From a virus, in the IMG/VR virus record IMGVR_UViG_3300020185_004010, positions 8,764 through 72,763 of that record: a stretch of DNA of 64,000 nt; one strand, 5' to 3'. The notes below the pieces were generated by a model, which did no database searches, was not told where the DNA came from, and worked only from the letters and a program-made list of their open reading frames with translations. The position numbers and the translations under genes are program-made. Below are positions 10,332 through 20,452 of the stretch, in pieces; position 1 is the first letter of the stretch; every line of letters starts with the position of its first letter.

Positions 10332-13300
10332 TTATATTCTCACGTATAGACCATCTCTAGCCCCAGCGTCATAAAGTGATTTTAAAGTTTGTACTGATTT
10401 TCCGAATTTCATTTCATAATGAGGCTTGTCCGTAAAGGATTTCCAATCTCCACCCCACTCAAAACCTATAGACTTGCCTAGATTTGCTATCTGTTCTTGT
10501 TTTGGATTGGTATATAAAACTGCACCATTCTTTATCTCTACTGCATCAATTGCCAAACCATAGTTATGCAAACTTGACCCAGCTCTAGCATAAGTTACTA
10601 TAGGTCCAGGCTCAGTTCTTCCTGAGCTGTACAATTTTGTCTGCTCCTCAAAAGTTCTTAAAGCTGATGTAACTCTAAGTTTTACTCCAAGCTCTTTGTC
10701 AGCACGTATTATAAACTCAGTCGCTTTTGCTCTTATTTTTGGGTGTAAAGTCTTTATTCTTCTATCTGTATACTTTGGGTCCCAAGTCGACATTCCTGCA
10801 TAAGAAGAGTTTGAAGAGTTGCCACCTGCAGAACTATCACCGCCTGCAGAACTATCACCGCCTGTAGCGCTTGAGCCACCGCCTGAACCACCGCCTGAAC
10901 CACCTGCACCTGAAGAGTCACCACCAGAGTTAGGATTTGTATCTACTAATATTGTAACACCTCTATCTGCAAAGTTTTTGTTAATATAATCAAGAAATGC
11001 TGGCGCTCTTCCTTGCGCTTTTTTCATTCCTCCAAGAGGGTCTTCTGGGCTCAACTTATGCTTTACATTTGCCACAGTTTTACCAGGACCTGTATTACAG
11101 TGGTAATAAAAGAAAACAGCATTTAATAAATCTGGAAATGTGACACCATTATCTGGGCATCCGTAACCATCTTTTCTGCTCGTATATCCACCTGATTTAT
11201 TTCCAAATTTTGTAGTTCTTCTTCTGCCGTTAAAAAAACCTACCAATGCACCTGTTGCCACATCTTCTTCAAGAAGTCTTTCTGGGTTTTTTACAAGGTC
11301 TACACCTGTATTTTTAGATGCTTTTTCATATCCAGATTTAAATGTTATTTGATTATATCCTCTTCCTCTATATTTCCAACCATCTCCTTTTTTAGTATTT
11401 CCATATCCATTTGACCTTACTCCTACTGGCTTCTGTGTATAAACAATATTAGCAATCTTTTCTTGGTATTTGTCTGAATCTGCCTTTTTTGTTGCAGGAT
11501 TTACAAATCCATTATCTACGGGGTCATTTTTTTTGAAATAACTCCACACTTCTGGCAGTCTACTTGCGCTATAGAAAAATCCTTCTGACTTTAAATCAAA
11601 ACTACTTTCTTTACTGCATATTGATAGTACTGCTGCTATAGCGAAATTACTTGTAATTCCCTTGTCTACACAGTCTAATATTATTTTATCTATCCTTCTT
11701 TTCTTGTCTTTATCTCGTAAGTACTTAGCAACAGTTTTTGCACCTTTAGTATCATCTATAGGATAGCTTCCACCCGCACTTCCACCCGCACCTCCAGATG
11801 CAGCAACATTTTCAGACGCTTTATCTATAGCTGCTTGAGCTGCCGCACTAGCAGCACCTTGAGCTTCAAGTGGAGCCGTTTTAGTATATCCTGCCGCTTG
11901 TCGAAAATCATCAAGAGTTATCGGCAATATACCACCATAACTACTTCCTCCATATCTCATTTTTATTCCACTTAAGTCAGTTGTCATATCATTAGGACTT
12001 ATCTTGTGACTAACTTTAATAATTTGATATAAACCAGTAAAAATAGTGTGATTTTCTAAAAAGAAAAATTGAAGAGGTGATATTTGGGCATTGCCTATAG
12101 TTTCCACGCCAGCCTTATAGCTTCTACCTTCAAAAACAGACAACAAACTACAGTCAGTAGTTACAGTTTTGTTTTTGTTGTCATTGTCAACAATTGCTTG
12201 TAAATTAACTATACTTTCAGCTGTTACCTTGTTTTCATCAGTGCTTACTTGAACGTTTTTAATAATTTTATTTGTCGGGTCTCCAAATGCAACTGGGAAT
12301 GCTTGTACTTGAAATTCTCTTAAATTTTTTACCGCAGACTGCTTTACATTTGTATCATTTCCTACCAAAGTTCTACTTTCTGGTGTGGGCTGAAACATTA
12401 CTTGAAAAAAGTTTCCTATCTGAGGCCCCATCATTTCTTGTGGGGCGAAAATATCGGTTACCTTATCGTATCTAGCATTTCCACATATTGGAAAAAACAT
12501 GAAATTATTCTTACTACATAGTTGTTGGAACATATTTAAGGTCGTAGTATTAGCCTTAGCAGAATAAAGAGGGCTTAAACTAATTAAAGACTCCTCTACT
12601 TTAATTGTGCTTGCTCCAACAGCTTGAAGTGGGTAATCATATCTAAAACCTCCACCAAGAACACTTCCATCACTTCTTTCTCTGGAGGTTGGTGTGTCTC
12701 TTGAGCCTGTTATAGTTTTTCCATATACTCCCTGAAGTACTTCTGCTACGTTTGGTTGTAATATTGCAGGATTTCCTGGCTGATTTATTCGAGTACCATC
12801 TGGCTTGCCTCCTAGTATTTGCCACTGATGAAATAGGGTGTGAAATTGTTTATATATCAAATCTTCGTGCTCACCAGCCTTTCCTAATATTTGTCCAAAA
12901 ACCTTATCTACTTCATCTTGTATTTTTTGTATCTTAGGCAATAATACTAAAACTAATTTTCTTAAAAAAGCTCTACTCATCTGAGCATACTCGCCTTCAT
13001 CAGCATACTCACTCAATTCCCTTAAAGAATTATATGTAGAAAATTCAGGAGCTTTTGCTCCATCAACCGAAAGGCCTGCCGCAATTGGAACAGACCTTAC
13101 CCGAGCCTCCGTCAATGATGGGTACTGAGCGTATGGAGCAATAACAACTGGGTTATTGTTTACATTTATGTAGTCTGCGCCTGCTTTCTGCTTGGTAGCT
13201 AAGTTGTCCTCCGTTGTCCAAGTGGGTCCAAAATCTCTTTTCCAAACAAATTGATTAGGATTGTAGTATTCGTATTCTCTAGTTGACAACATGTCTAGCC

Positions 13301-16019
13301 CTGAACATTTACTAAAGTCTAGTAGTGTGTTGGAAACTCCCTCGCCTTGGTAGTCGTTATCATTATAAATTATTCCTTCTGCTCCACCAGTATAGCCTGC
13401 AAGTCTTTGATTAAAAAATTTAATGTATTTACTAATAATTTTAGTCCCATCTGGCACCTTTGCATCTTCTGGTACTTTTTCAGAATCTAAAATCACAATT
13501 TGAGCCACATCTTCTCCAACGTCTTCATCATTTTCTTCTTCTTCCTCATCTTCATCTCCAGTATCTCTTGCTTCTGTGCCGGGAGCTTCTAAGGCGCCAG
13601 ACACTCTAGATACATCTCCAGAATCAGACCAAACAACGTACTCTATATTATTTCCCTCATTCAATCCACCATATGGAATGACGGTAGTCACGGGGTCGGG
13701 TGCCACATGAGCAAATACAATATTCCCCATACCGCAATAAGTACCCAAACTTGTTGCAAAATCCATTCCATTGCCCCAAGTTGCAGGAATTGCGTCTCCC
13801 CCTCTTGCAAATTGACCTTGTGTTCTTCCAAAAAATGCTTTTTCAGCCCCAATTAAGTTACCCATAAACTCCTCAAAAGTATAGGCTATAACTCCTGCAT
13901 TTTTCAACTCTAAACCAACTCCTCTTGTTGTGTTAAGCTCATTTAGTCTAGCGTCATATGCTCCAGGAAAATCAAATTGTGAAAACATCTTTTTATCAGG
14001 CCAACCTTTTCTAAGTTTTCTTATTATTTCTTTCGCCGCTGATGTTTTTGCCAAAGCTTCTAATCCGGGGTTTATAACAAAAACTCTTATCATCACACTA
14101 TCTCTAGTGTTTTTGTGCCATGGAAGAATTCTTGCTTCATTATTATGCACTCCGTCTGGGTCGCGTAACCAAGCTCTCATTATTATACAAAACTCTTTTA
14201 ATTTTTGTAAATTGTCCCCATCCAATTGAGCCAATACCACATCTGTAATATTTGCTAAGTCTGCATTTGCGAGACTTCTTATTTTATCAAAGTCTTCAGT
14301 CTTTTTGTAGTCACCAAAAGTAAATCTAGTCTCACCATTTGGTTCCATATTGCCAGGCAATGCAGGATTGTAGCTTTGAGTTAAAAATCCCACTATACCA
14401 GCCCTTTTAACCATTATTGAGGCTATCATTGACCAGTCGTTTTGACCCAAATATGGATTATCGGTGCCTATTTCTAGGTTGTTTATAATATGTTTTATAG
14501 TTTTGTCAGAACCTTCTTCCGCCTCTTTTTGTAATGCTCTATTTTCTGCAATACCAAAACTAATAGCTGTAATAAAATCTGACACAAACTTTCCTTCAAA
14601 ATCTACAACACCTAATGATGGGTCTTTTGCTGGGACTTGGTTTCCTAAATCTTTCTCTCCATCTTTAGGCTCTTCAAAAATCATGGGGTAATACCTTCCT
14701 ATGGTTTTTGATTTTTCTGCTTCGTTTCTTGCTGCAGCATGGTTGAAGTAACCCTGTTCTCCAGCATCTATTATGTATCCCATTATAAAAGCTGTATCTC
14801 TAGCTATTCTGCTAAAAACTTCAGAAATGGTTAACTTCTTTAGCTCTGCTTTGTTTTCTAAAAATAAATTAGCTTTTATGGCATTATCTATTGCTTCTAA
14901 ATTTTTATCTATTGTCGGATTCAACTTTCTAGACGCCACCTTTAAGTCATCTATTTCTTTTGCTGATGGAGTCGCGCCAAATTTAGGAAATTTTTCACGT
15001 TTGAAACCAAATACGTTTGAGATACCTTTAGATAGCCTGTCTTTAAGACTTGTTGGTATTGATGCTATTTTAACTTTGTAATTTTCTATATTACGTAAGC
15101 TAACGCTTAAGTTCTTTAGTGCGGGTATTAATATTTCTTCTGGTGTGTCTGTGTAGGCTGGTTCGGCTGGTTTTTCTACTCTAATGTCTATAAATTTTAT
15201 TGGAGATATAATCGCTCCCCTACCAGGCACTTTACTTGTTATTAAACTCTCATCTCCTCCATCTTCATTAGGAAATGCTAAAGTACCACTTACAATCCCC
15301 TGAATTGGGTCTCTTTTTAACAATTCTAATTTAGCTACTACCTCATCATATTCTTTAGTTAAACTTTTAGTTTCTGTCTCTATTGATTTACCTATATACA
15401 TCAAATCAATAATGCTTTCAGTTGCTTTTATATAATCATCACTTTCTTTTCCAATACTAGGGTCTAATGCATCAGCCCTAAGCTTTTTGGCAGCGTATAG
15501 ATATAAAAATGGTATGTCAGCAAACATTCCCCACTGATTAGGGACAAATGTTGCTTTTATAGTATAACTTCCATCATCTGAGTTATATTGAGTTGATGTA
15601 GTTTTCATATTTAAAAGCCAAGTCACTGGTGCACCCAAATATCCCTTAAATGTAAAAACAAATTTTGGTGGAGGCCACTGAAAAAGAGCAGCATAATTAA
15701 CCCCTTCAGTATCAACAGCTTCATTATAATCTCCAAAAACTGTCTTACCAAACAAGTCCTTAAACTCTATTTCCACAATAGGCTGAAGAGATGTGTTTGT
15801 TTCAACTTTTATATTTGTAATTCCAAAGCCTATTGAATCTCTAAAAAAAGAAGTTTTAAAAGTGGGAAAACCAGTAAAGTCTTCAACTGATGATATAAGC
15901 CCTGTATCAGGGTCTGTAATAACAGTTCCCTCATTACTTATTGTAGTTAGGCGAACGTCTAGATACAAATCTTTTTCGTCAAACTGTAAGTCGGCTATAT
16001 TTTCTGGTATTACTGGCAT
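10332..16019 (-). CDS. Baseplate hub / tail-associated lysin: hub-like body plus GH19-like glycosidase and C-terminal M15 peptidase
   Basis: Hub/late-control-D-like segment (GRSYKAGVETIGNAQISP...TGLYQIIKVSHKI). GH19 motif GDGWKYRGRGYNQIT...VDLVKNPE (about 10980-11700). Gly/Ser linker. M15 Zn motifs SLHNYGLAIDAV and WGGDW..DKPHYE (about 10335-10790). Confidence 0.8.
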   Translation of the reverse strand: MPVIPENIADLQFDEKDLYLDVRLTTISNEGTVITDPDTGLISSVEDFTGFPTFKTSFFRDSIGFGITNIKVETNTSLQPIVEIEFKDLFGKTVFGDYNEAVDTEGVNYAALFQWPPPKFVFTFKGYLGAPVTWLLNMKTTSTQYNSDDGSYTIKATFVPNQWGMFADIPFLYLYAAKKLRADALDPSIGKESDDYIKATESIIDLMYIGKSIETETKSLTKEYDEVVAKLELLKRDPIQGIVSGTLAFPNEDGGDESLITSKVPGRGAIISPIKFIDIRVEKPAEPAYTDTPEEILIPALKNLSVSLRNIENYKVKIASIPTSLKDRLSKGISNVFGFKREKFPKFGATPSAKEIDDLKVASRKLNPTIDKNLEAIDNAIKANLFLENKAELKKLTISEVFSRIARDTAFIMGYIIDAGEQGYFNHAAARNEAEKSKTIGRYYPMIFEEPKDGEKDLGNQVPAKDPSLGVVDFEGKFVSDFITAISFGIAENRALQKEAEEGSDKTIKHIINNLEIGTDNPYLGQNDWSMIASIMVKRAGIVGFLTQSYNPALPGNMEPNGETRFTFGDYKKTEDFDKIRSLANADLANITDVVLAQLDGDNLQKLKEFCIIMRAWLRDPDGVHNNEARILPWHKNTRDSVMIRVFVINPGLEALAKTSAAKEIIRKLRKGWPDKKMFSQFDFPGAYDARLNELNTTRGVGLELKNAGVIAYTFEEFMGNLIGAEKAFFGRTQGQFARGGDAIPATWGNGMDFATSLGTYCGMGNIVFAHVAPDPVTTVIPYGGLNEGNNIEYVVWSDSGDVSRVSGALEAPGTEARDTGDEDEEEEENDEDVGEDVAQIVILDSEKVPEDAKVPDGTKIISKYIKFFNQRLAGYTGGAEGIIYNDNDYQGEGVSNTLLDFSKCSGLDMLSTREYEYYNPNQFVWKRDFGPTWTTEDNLATKQKAGADYINVNNNPVVIAPYAQYPSLTEARVRSVPIAAGLSVDGAKAPEFSTYNSLRELSEYADEGEYAQMSRAFLRKLVLVLLPKIQKIQDEVDKVFGQILGKAGEHEDLIYKQFHTLFHQWQILGGKPDGTRINQPGNPAILQPNVAEVLQGVYGKTITGSRDTPTSRERSDGSVLGGGFRYDYPLQAVGASTIKVEESLISLSPLYSAKANTTTLNMFQQLCSKNNFMFFPICGNARYDKVTDIFAPQEMMGPQIGNFFQVMFQPTPESRTLVGNDTNVKQSAVKNLREFQVQAFPVAFGDPTNKIIKNVQVSTDENKVTAESIVNLQAIVDNDNKNKTVTTDCSLLSVFEGRSYKAGVETIGNAQISPLQFFFLENHTIFTGLYQIIKVSHKISPNDMTTDLSGIKMRYGGSSYGGILPITLDDFRQAAGYTKTAPLEAQGAASAAAQAAIDKASENVAASGGAGGSAGGSYPIDDTKGAKTVAKYLRDKDKKRRIDKIILDCVDKGITSNFAIAAVLSICSKESSFDLKSEGFFYSASRLPEVWSYFKKNDPVDNGFVNPATKKADSDKYQEKIANIVYTQKPVGVRSNGYGNTKKGDGWKYRGRGYNQITFKSGYEKASKNTGVDLVKNPERLLEEDVATGALVGFFNGRRRTTKFGNKSGGYTSRKDGYGCPDNGVTFPDLLNAVFFYYHCNTGPGKTVANVKHKLSPEDPLGGMKKAQGRAPAFLDYINKNFADRGVTILVDTNPNSGGDSSGAGGSGGGSGGGSSATGGDSSAGGDSSAGGNSSNSSYAGMSTWDPKYTDRRIKTLHPKIRAKATEFIIRADKELGVKLRVTSALRTFEEQTKLYSSGRTEPGPIVTYARAGSSLHNYGLAIDAVEIKNGAVLYTNPKQEQIANLGKSIGFEWGGDWKSFTDKPHYEMKFGKSVQTLKSLYDAGARDGLYVRI
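10825..10864. repeat. 18-nt tandem repeat (2 copies plus partial) encoding the GGDSSA linker
   Basis: cctgcagaactatcaccg at 10825-10842 and 10843-10860, then cctg. Confidence 0.9.
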
Positions 16020-16043
16020 TTATTTAAACGTATTTAAATTTAT

Positions 16044-16355
16044 TTAATTTATTGATTTTTTTCTTAACAATTTACCTTCCACTTCTGAAAGAACTTCCCT
16101 CAAAGGAAGTGGCACTCTTAGTACCGTTTCTTTAGGTATATCAAACTCTATAAAATATTCTGGGTTTGCCATTAATATAAGCCATCCGTAAGTATCGTCT
16201 TCATAAATTTCTGCAGAAATTCTATCTAATCTAGTTTTGTCAGAATTATAAACTCTGAACACATCAGTGTTTCTTTCATTAATTTTTATGGGAGGCATTA
16301 TTTCTGTACCACTTCCGTTTTTTTTTCTTAATAACTTATATCTATCTTTTCCCAT
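16044..16355 (-). CDS. Baseplate wedge gp53 / LysM-like (tail X) protein
   Basis: RLDRISAEIYEDDTYGWLILMANP...IPKETVLRVP, directly upstream of the hub gene. Confidence 0.8.
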   Translation of the reverse strand: MGKDRYKLLRKKNGSGTEIMPPIKINERNTDVFRVYNSDKTRLDRISAEIYEDDTYGWLILMANPEYFIEFDIPKETVLRVPLPLREVLSEVEGKLLRKKSIN

Positions 16356-16449
16356 AATTTTTTGATTTTATACTATAAATAAATATTAATCGTTATTTTT
16401 TTCATAACATAAACAAAATAATATAAAAAAATAAAAATGTAAATAGAAG

Positions 16450-19400
16450 TTATGTACTAATTCTTCTGCTAAAATAACCTCCAACGTCAGTTGATAATGG
16501 TGGGTCTTCATCTGAATTTCCTCCAAAAGAACCTATTATATTGAAAGATAAAGTCACCTTACACCACATCGGTTGTACCTTTCCTCCGTCAAAAGTCCAT
16601 GGAGCACTAGCATAATCATAAGCAACACTATTAACTAGTATGTCATGGTCTAGCCAATCTCCTAAAGTTAAGTGACACACTGGTGGTCTTGAAAATGAAA
16701 ATCCAGCGTTAGTTTTTTCAGAAAGCCTATTTCTTGCTGGTCTAGTCATTTTTGATAAAAATTCCATTCTTTTTAAAAAGTCTACCTTGCTTCCAGAGAA
16801 ATAAGAAGGCTGAAAAATGCTTCTAGACTTCATTTCAGACAACTTTTTTACAGTATTTTCCACTGAGCTTTCTACATAATTTTCCTCTTTTTTAGTAGTG
16901 TCAAAAGCTTCAAATAATTTATATATGTTTTCTCCTTGAGAAGTTCTTTCTGAAAAAGTTTGACCTCTCTGTGCTGCTAAGTTAGCAGATTCATTAGCAG
17001 CATCTGCAGCTTTGTCTAATTCGGCAGCCTGTCTATTTAACTCTTGATTTTCAGCAAGTCGATTTCGTTCATCTTCTTCATCTACCCAAAGGGGAAACGA
17101 TGGACGAGGAGGAGGTGGTTGCAAATTGTTTAAAGTAGCATTTGCATCAGCTCTAAGTTCATCAGCTTGAGCACTGTCTTGAGTTCTTATTGATGAGAAC
17201 TTATTACTAAATGATTCTGTTATCTTACTAACTTGACCATTGTCTGGGTTAAATTCGTATCCAATATCTACTTCTTGTGCGAAGTCTGTTAGAACCCAAA
17301 AGTTAACACTTCCATCTCTTGAGGAACTGCCATATGTATATATTGGCTCAGGTCTACCAAGAAAAGATGTAGCATTCCAGGTTGCAGAATCTCCATGATT
17401 AAAGGATTCTATATAAGCAGGAAAAGACATTGCAGCACCTTCTATTGGTGGTATTGAGAAATTTGTTAAAACAAACCTCAAAGTTTCTGCACCCTCTGGG
17501 GCATACGGGTTTTTAATACTATATCTATTATACGATTTTTTGTAACTACCGTCAGATTTTTTTCCTAATACAAAAACGCTAGAAGAACCTTCGGTTCCTT
17601 GTACATTAAAATTTTGAGCAAAAGAAATTCTGTCATCAGAGGCTATAGTGTCTATAACATGCCTAACACCCCTTCTTCTACTTCCGCCTTTATCAAAATC
17701 GGCCCCTATCGTGTCTGTAGTGTCTGTTTGAGATGCCATACCTACACCAGTACCCAAAGTATCGTCTTCTTCTAATGTTTCTGATGCAGACGTTGGCTTT
17801 ATTATCTTTTCTGCAGATTCAGACAAGTATGTTCCATCATTTTCTGCTATAACCTCTGCAGGCGTGGTGTTAGTTCTTACTTGTAGCCTTTTGTTTATGC
17901 CAGTTTTACTTATTAACTCTTGAAAACCAGGAGAGCCAAAACCTCTCAACCCTTCAATTGCACTTTGAACACCTTTATCATAAACTTCACCAGGCTTACT
18001 TTGAAAAGTGTTTTGTTGTATATTGTGTAACGAAATAAGATTAGTTACAAAACCTACACTTTTAGGAGATGAGTAAAACCCTAATCCATCATCAATTCTA
18101 GAAGTGTCGTCAACTAATGAAGTTCCATAAGTGCCTATAACATTTTCTCCTCCCTCTATTAAATTTAGACTTTCTACTGAATTTTTTTCATTTAAATACT
18201 CTCTACCTCCTGGGCTCAGCTGAGTTGATGATGCTTCATCTAAAAAGTTTATAGTTTCTTCATCATCAAAAACGGATTTAAGATTTTCTTTATCACCATT
18301 TAACAATTTTTGAGTAGTTCTAAATATAGCTCCTGAAATCTCCAATCTAGACACTCCAACAAAAGTACTAGTACCTTGAAGTATTATATTTGCCCCCAGA
18401 TTAAATCTACTAGGATTTTTAGCTAGCTGTTCATTTCTGAAAACTTTAGAAACTTGATTTATATCTTTAGCATTAGAAACATTTGAAGATGTTTGGTCGT
18501 CTCTTTCTGGTTTAGAGATTTCTCCCAAATTTGTATCATTATCTACGTTGCTACTAGTGTTGTTAGCTCTAAAGGTTATAGAATTATCCGCCAAATCTTC
18601 AGGCTGGGATATGTTGCTAAATAAATTGCTTAGTCTGGTGGCACTTGAATCTTCTTCTAAATCACTTTCACTTGGAACGTTAGCAGATACGCTATTTGAA
18701 AGATATTGAAAACTGTCTCCTACTAATTCAGAATTAGAAGGGACATTCGAAGCTAAATTACCATCTCTAAAGCCCTCTGAATCACCCTCTAAATCTGAGT
18801 CTATTGGGGAATTTGAAGATATATCATCATTTCTAAATAAAATAGAGTCTTCTGATAAGTCGGTGTCTATAGATTTGTTTGATGAAATGTCTTCTTGTCT
18901 AAATTCTTCAGAATCATTTTCTAAGTTTGTAACTCTTAAATTATTATTAGACAAGTCATCATCTCTAAATGGAAAGCTGTCTGACTCTAAATTTGTATTG
19001 TTGGGAGTGTTATAAGATAAATCATCATTTCTATATACTCCAGAATCAAAATCTAAATTTGATGAAATCTTTTTATTTGAAGATAGGTCTTCTTCCCTAA
19101 ATTCAACAGAATCATTTTCTAGATTAGAATTGTTAGATACATTACTTTGAACATCTTCTTGTCTAAATGATTTTGAATCACCTTCTAAATCAGAAGGTAT
19201 TTGCTTGTTTTTAGATGTGACGTCATTTCTAAAATTTTCTGATATACTTTCTAAATTAGTTTCTGAATTAACATTTTGAGACTCTATCTTATTCCTATAA
19301 GAAGATGAATCTGACTCTAAATCACTTTTTAATTTGTTGTTTTTACCCAAAACATCAGTTCTAAAACTTTCAGAATCTTTTTCTAAGTCATTTTTTGATT

Positions 19401-20397
19401 TAGAATTTTTACTCGAAACTTCTTGTCTAGATTTTTCACTATCTTTTTCTAAATCAGAGTTTTTATTTTTATTATTTGATTCGTTTAAACTTTTGTAAAC
19501 AATAGAGTCATTCTCTAAGTTAGTATTTTTATTTAAATTGTTTTTTAGTGAATTAGACCTATATAGAGAACTTTCTACCTCTAAATCTGTATTGTTTTTT
19601 ACGTTTTTTACGCTATTATTATCCCTAAACTCTTCTGAAGATATTTCAATATCTAAACTCTCTTCTTTATTTTTTACTAAACCTGAATTTCTTGCAGATT
19701 CTGATTCCTTTAATAAATCACTATTACTAGTTATATTTTTTGAATCATTAACCTCTCTTTGAGACCTAGAATCAATTTCTAAATCTGATAATTTTTTAAC
19801 ATTATTTTTTACATTATTTCGTCTAGCATCTTTATTATCTAATTCTACCTTAGGATTGTAGGGGTCGTTGTCTATAATTAAATTTTTAGCCAAAGAAACA
19901 TCTCTGTATTCTGTAGAATCTTTTTCAATGTTTGTGTTTGAGATTGCATTTTTTCTAAAATTTTCATTTCTAGCAATTTTAGATATTGAATCTATATTTT
20001 TAGATATACCAACATTTTTACTTACAGCACTTCTCCTAGACTCTTCCGCAAAATCTTCCAAACTCTTAGATGATTCAACTAACTTATTTTTAGACTCCAG
20101 CCTTTTTCTTTGCAAAACACCACTTTCTTCTAATGACTCTTGTTTAGAAATTAAATTTTTAGTTAAAGCCTCTCTTATTAGTTGTGAATCTATTTCTAAG
20201 TCACTATTTGAAATAACGTTTTTAGAAAGGTTTCCCTCTCTAGTTTGGGAATATAAGACATCATATATATCTTTAGGCTTTTCTAAATTTTTAGATAACA
20301 ACTTGCCCCTTACCTCATTAGAATAATCAGAAAAAAAGGCATCTAGACCAGTCCTTCTTTCAAATTCTTCAAATGTTTCATCATAAGGTGCGGCCAT
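16450..20397 (-). CDS. Baseplate / tail-tube initiator-like protein with a long N-terminal 22-aa repeat region
   Basis: C-terminal FPAYIESFNHGDSATWNATSFLGRPEPIYTYGSSSRDGSVNFWV and PPVCHLTLGDW...VNSVAYDY resemble gp48/gp54-like tube-fold baseplate proteins. Lies between the tape measure and wedge genes. Confidence 0.65.
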   Translation of the reverse strand: MAAPYDETFEEFERRTGLDAFFSDYSNEVRGKLLSKNLEKPKDIYDVLYSQTREGNLSKNVISNSDLEIDSQLIREALTKNLISKQESLEESGVLQRKRLESKNKLVESSKSLEDFAEESRRSAVSKNVGISKNIDSISKIARNENFRKNAISNTNIEKDSTEYRDVSLAKNLIIDNDPYNPKVELDNKDARRNNVKNNVKKLSDLEIDSRSQREVNDSKNITSNSDLLKESESARNSGLVKNKEESLDIEISSEEFRDNNSVKNVKNNTDLEVESSLYRSNSLKNNLNKNTNLENDSIVYKSLNESNNKNKNSDLEKDSEKSRQEVSSKNSKSKNDLEKDSESFRTDVLGKNNKLKSDLESDSSSYRNKIESQNVNSETNLESISENFRNDVTSKNKQIPSDLEGDSKSFRQEDVQSNVSNNSNLENDSVEFREEDLSSNKKISSNLDFDSGVYRNDDLSYNTPNNTNLESDSFPFRDDDLSNNNLRVTNLENDSEEFRQEDISSNKSIDTDLSEDSILFRNDDISSNSPIDSDLEGDSEGFRDGNLASNVPSNSELVGDSFQYLSNSVSANVPSESDLEEDSSATRLSNLFSNISQPEDLADNSITFRANNTSSNVDNDTNLGEISKPERDDQTSSNVSNAKDINQVSKVFRNEQLAKNPSRFNLGANIILQGTSTFVGVSRLEISGAIFRTTQKLLNGDKENLKSVFDDEETINFLDEASSTQLSPGGREYLNEKNSVESLNLIEGGENVIGTYGTSLVDDTSRIDDGLGFYSSPKSVGFVTNLISLHNIQQNTFQSKPGEVYDKGVQSAIEGLRGFGSPGFQELISKTGINKRLQVRTNTTPAEVIAENDGTYLSESAEKIIKPTSASETLEEDDTLGTGVGMASQTDTTDTIGADFDKGGSRRRGVRHVIDTIASDDRISFAQNFNVQGTEGSSSVFVLGKKSDGSYKKSYNRYSIKNPYAPEGAETLRFVLTNFSIPPIEGAAMSFPAYIESFNHGDSATWNATSFLGRPEPIYTYGSSSRDGSVNFWVLTDFAQEVDIGYEFNPDNGQVSKITESFSNKFSSIRTQDSAQADELRADANATLNNLQPPPPRPSFPLWVDEEDERNRLAENQELNRQAAELDKAADAANESANLAAQRGQTFSERTSQGENIYKLFEAFDTTKKEENYVESSVENTVKKLSEMKSRSIFQPSYFSGSKVDFLKRMEFLSKMTRPARNRLSEKTNAGFSFSRPPVCHLTLGDWLDHDILVNSVAYDYASAPWTFDGGKVQPMWCKVTLSFNIIGSFGGNSDEDPPLSTDVGGYFSRRIST
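18415..20350 (-). repeat. About 29 degenerate 22-aa repeats (S/T-D/N-L-E-x-D-S-x-x-F-R-x4-5-S-S/K-N)
   Basis: Consecutive 22-aa units such as SDLEKDSEKSRQEVSSKNSKSK, NDLEKDSESFRTDVLGKNNKLK, SDLESDSSSYRNKIESQNVNSE, TNLESISENFRNDVTSKNKQIP. Counted by eye. Confidence 0.9.
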
Positions 20398-20452
20398 TGT
20401 TGTTTTTGTTTATATATAAATATTTTTAAATAAAAATAATATACCTTAAATA

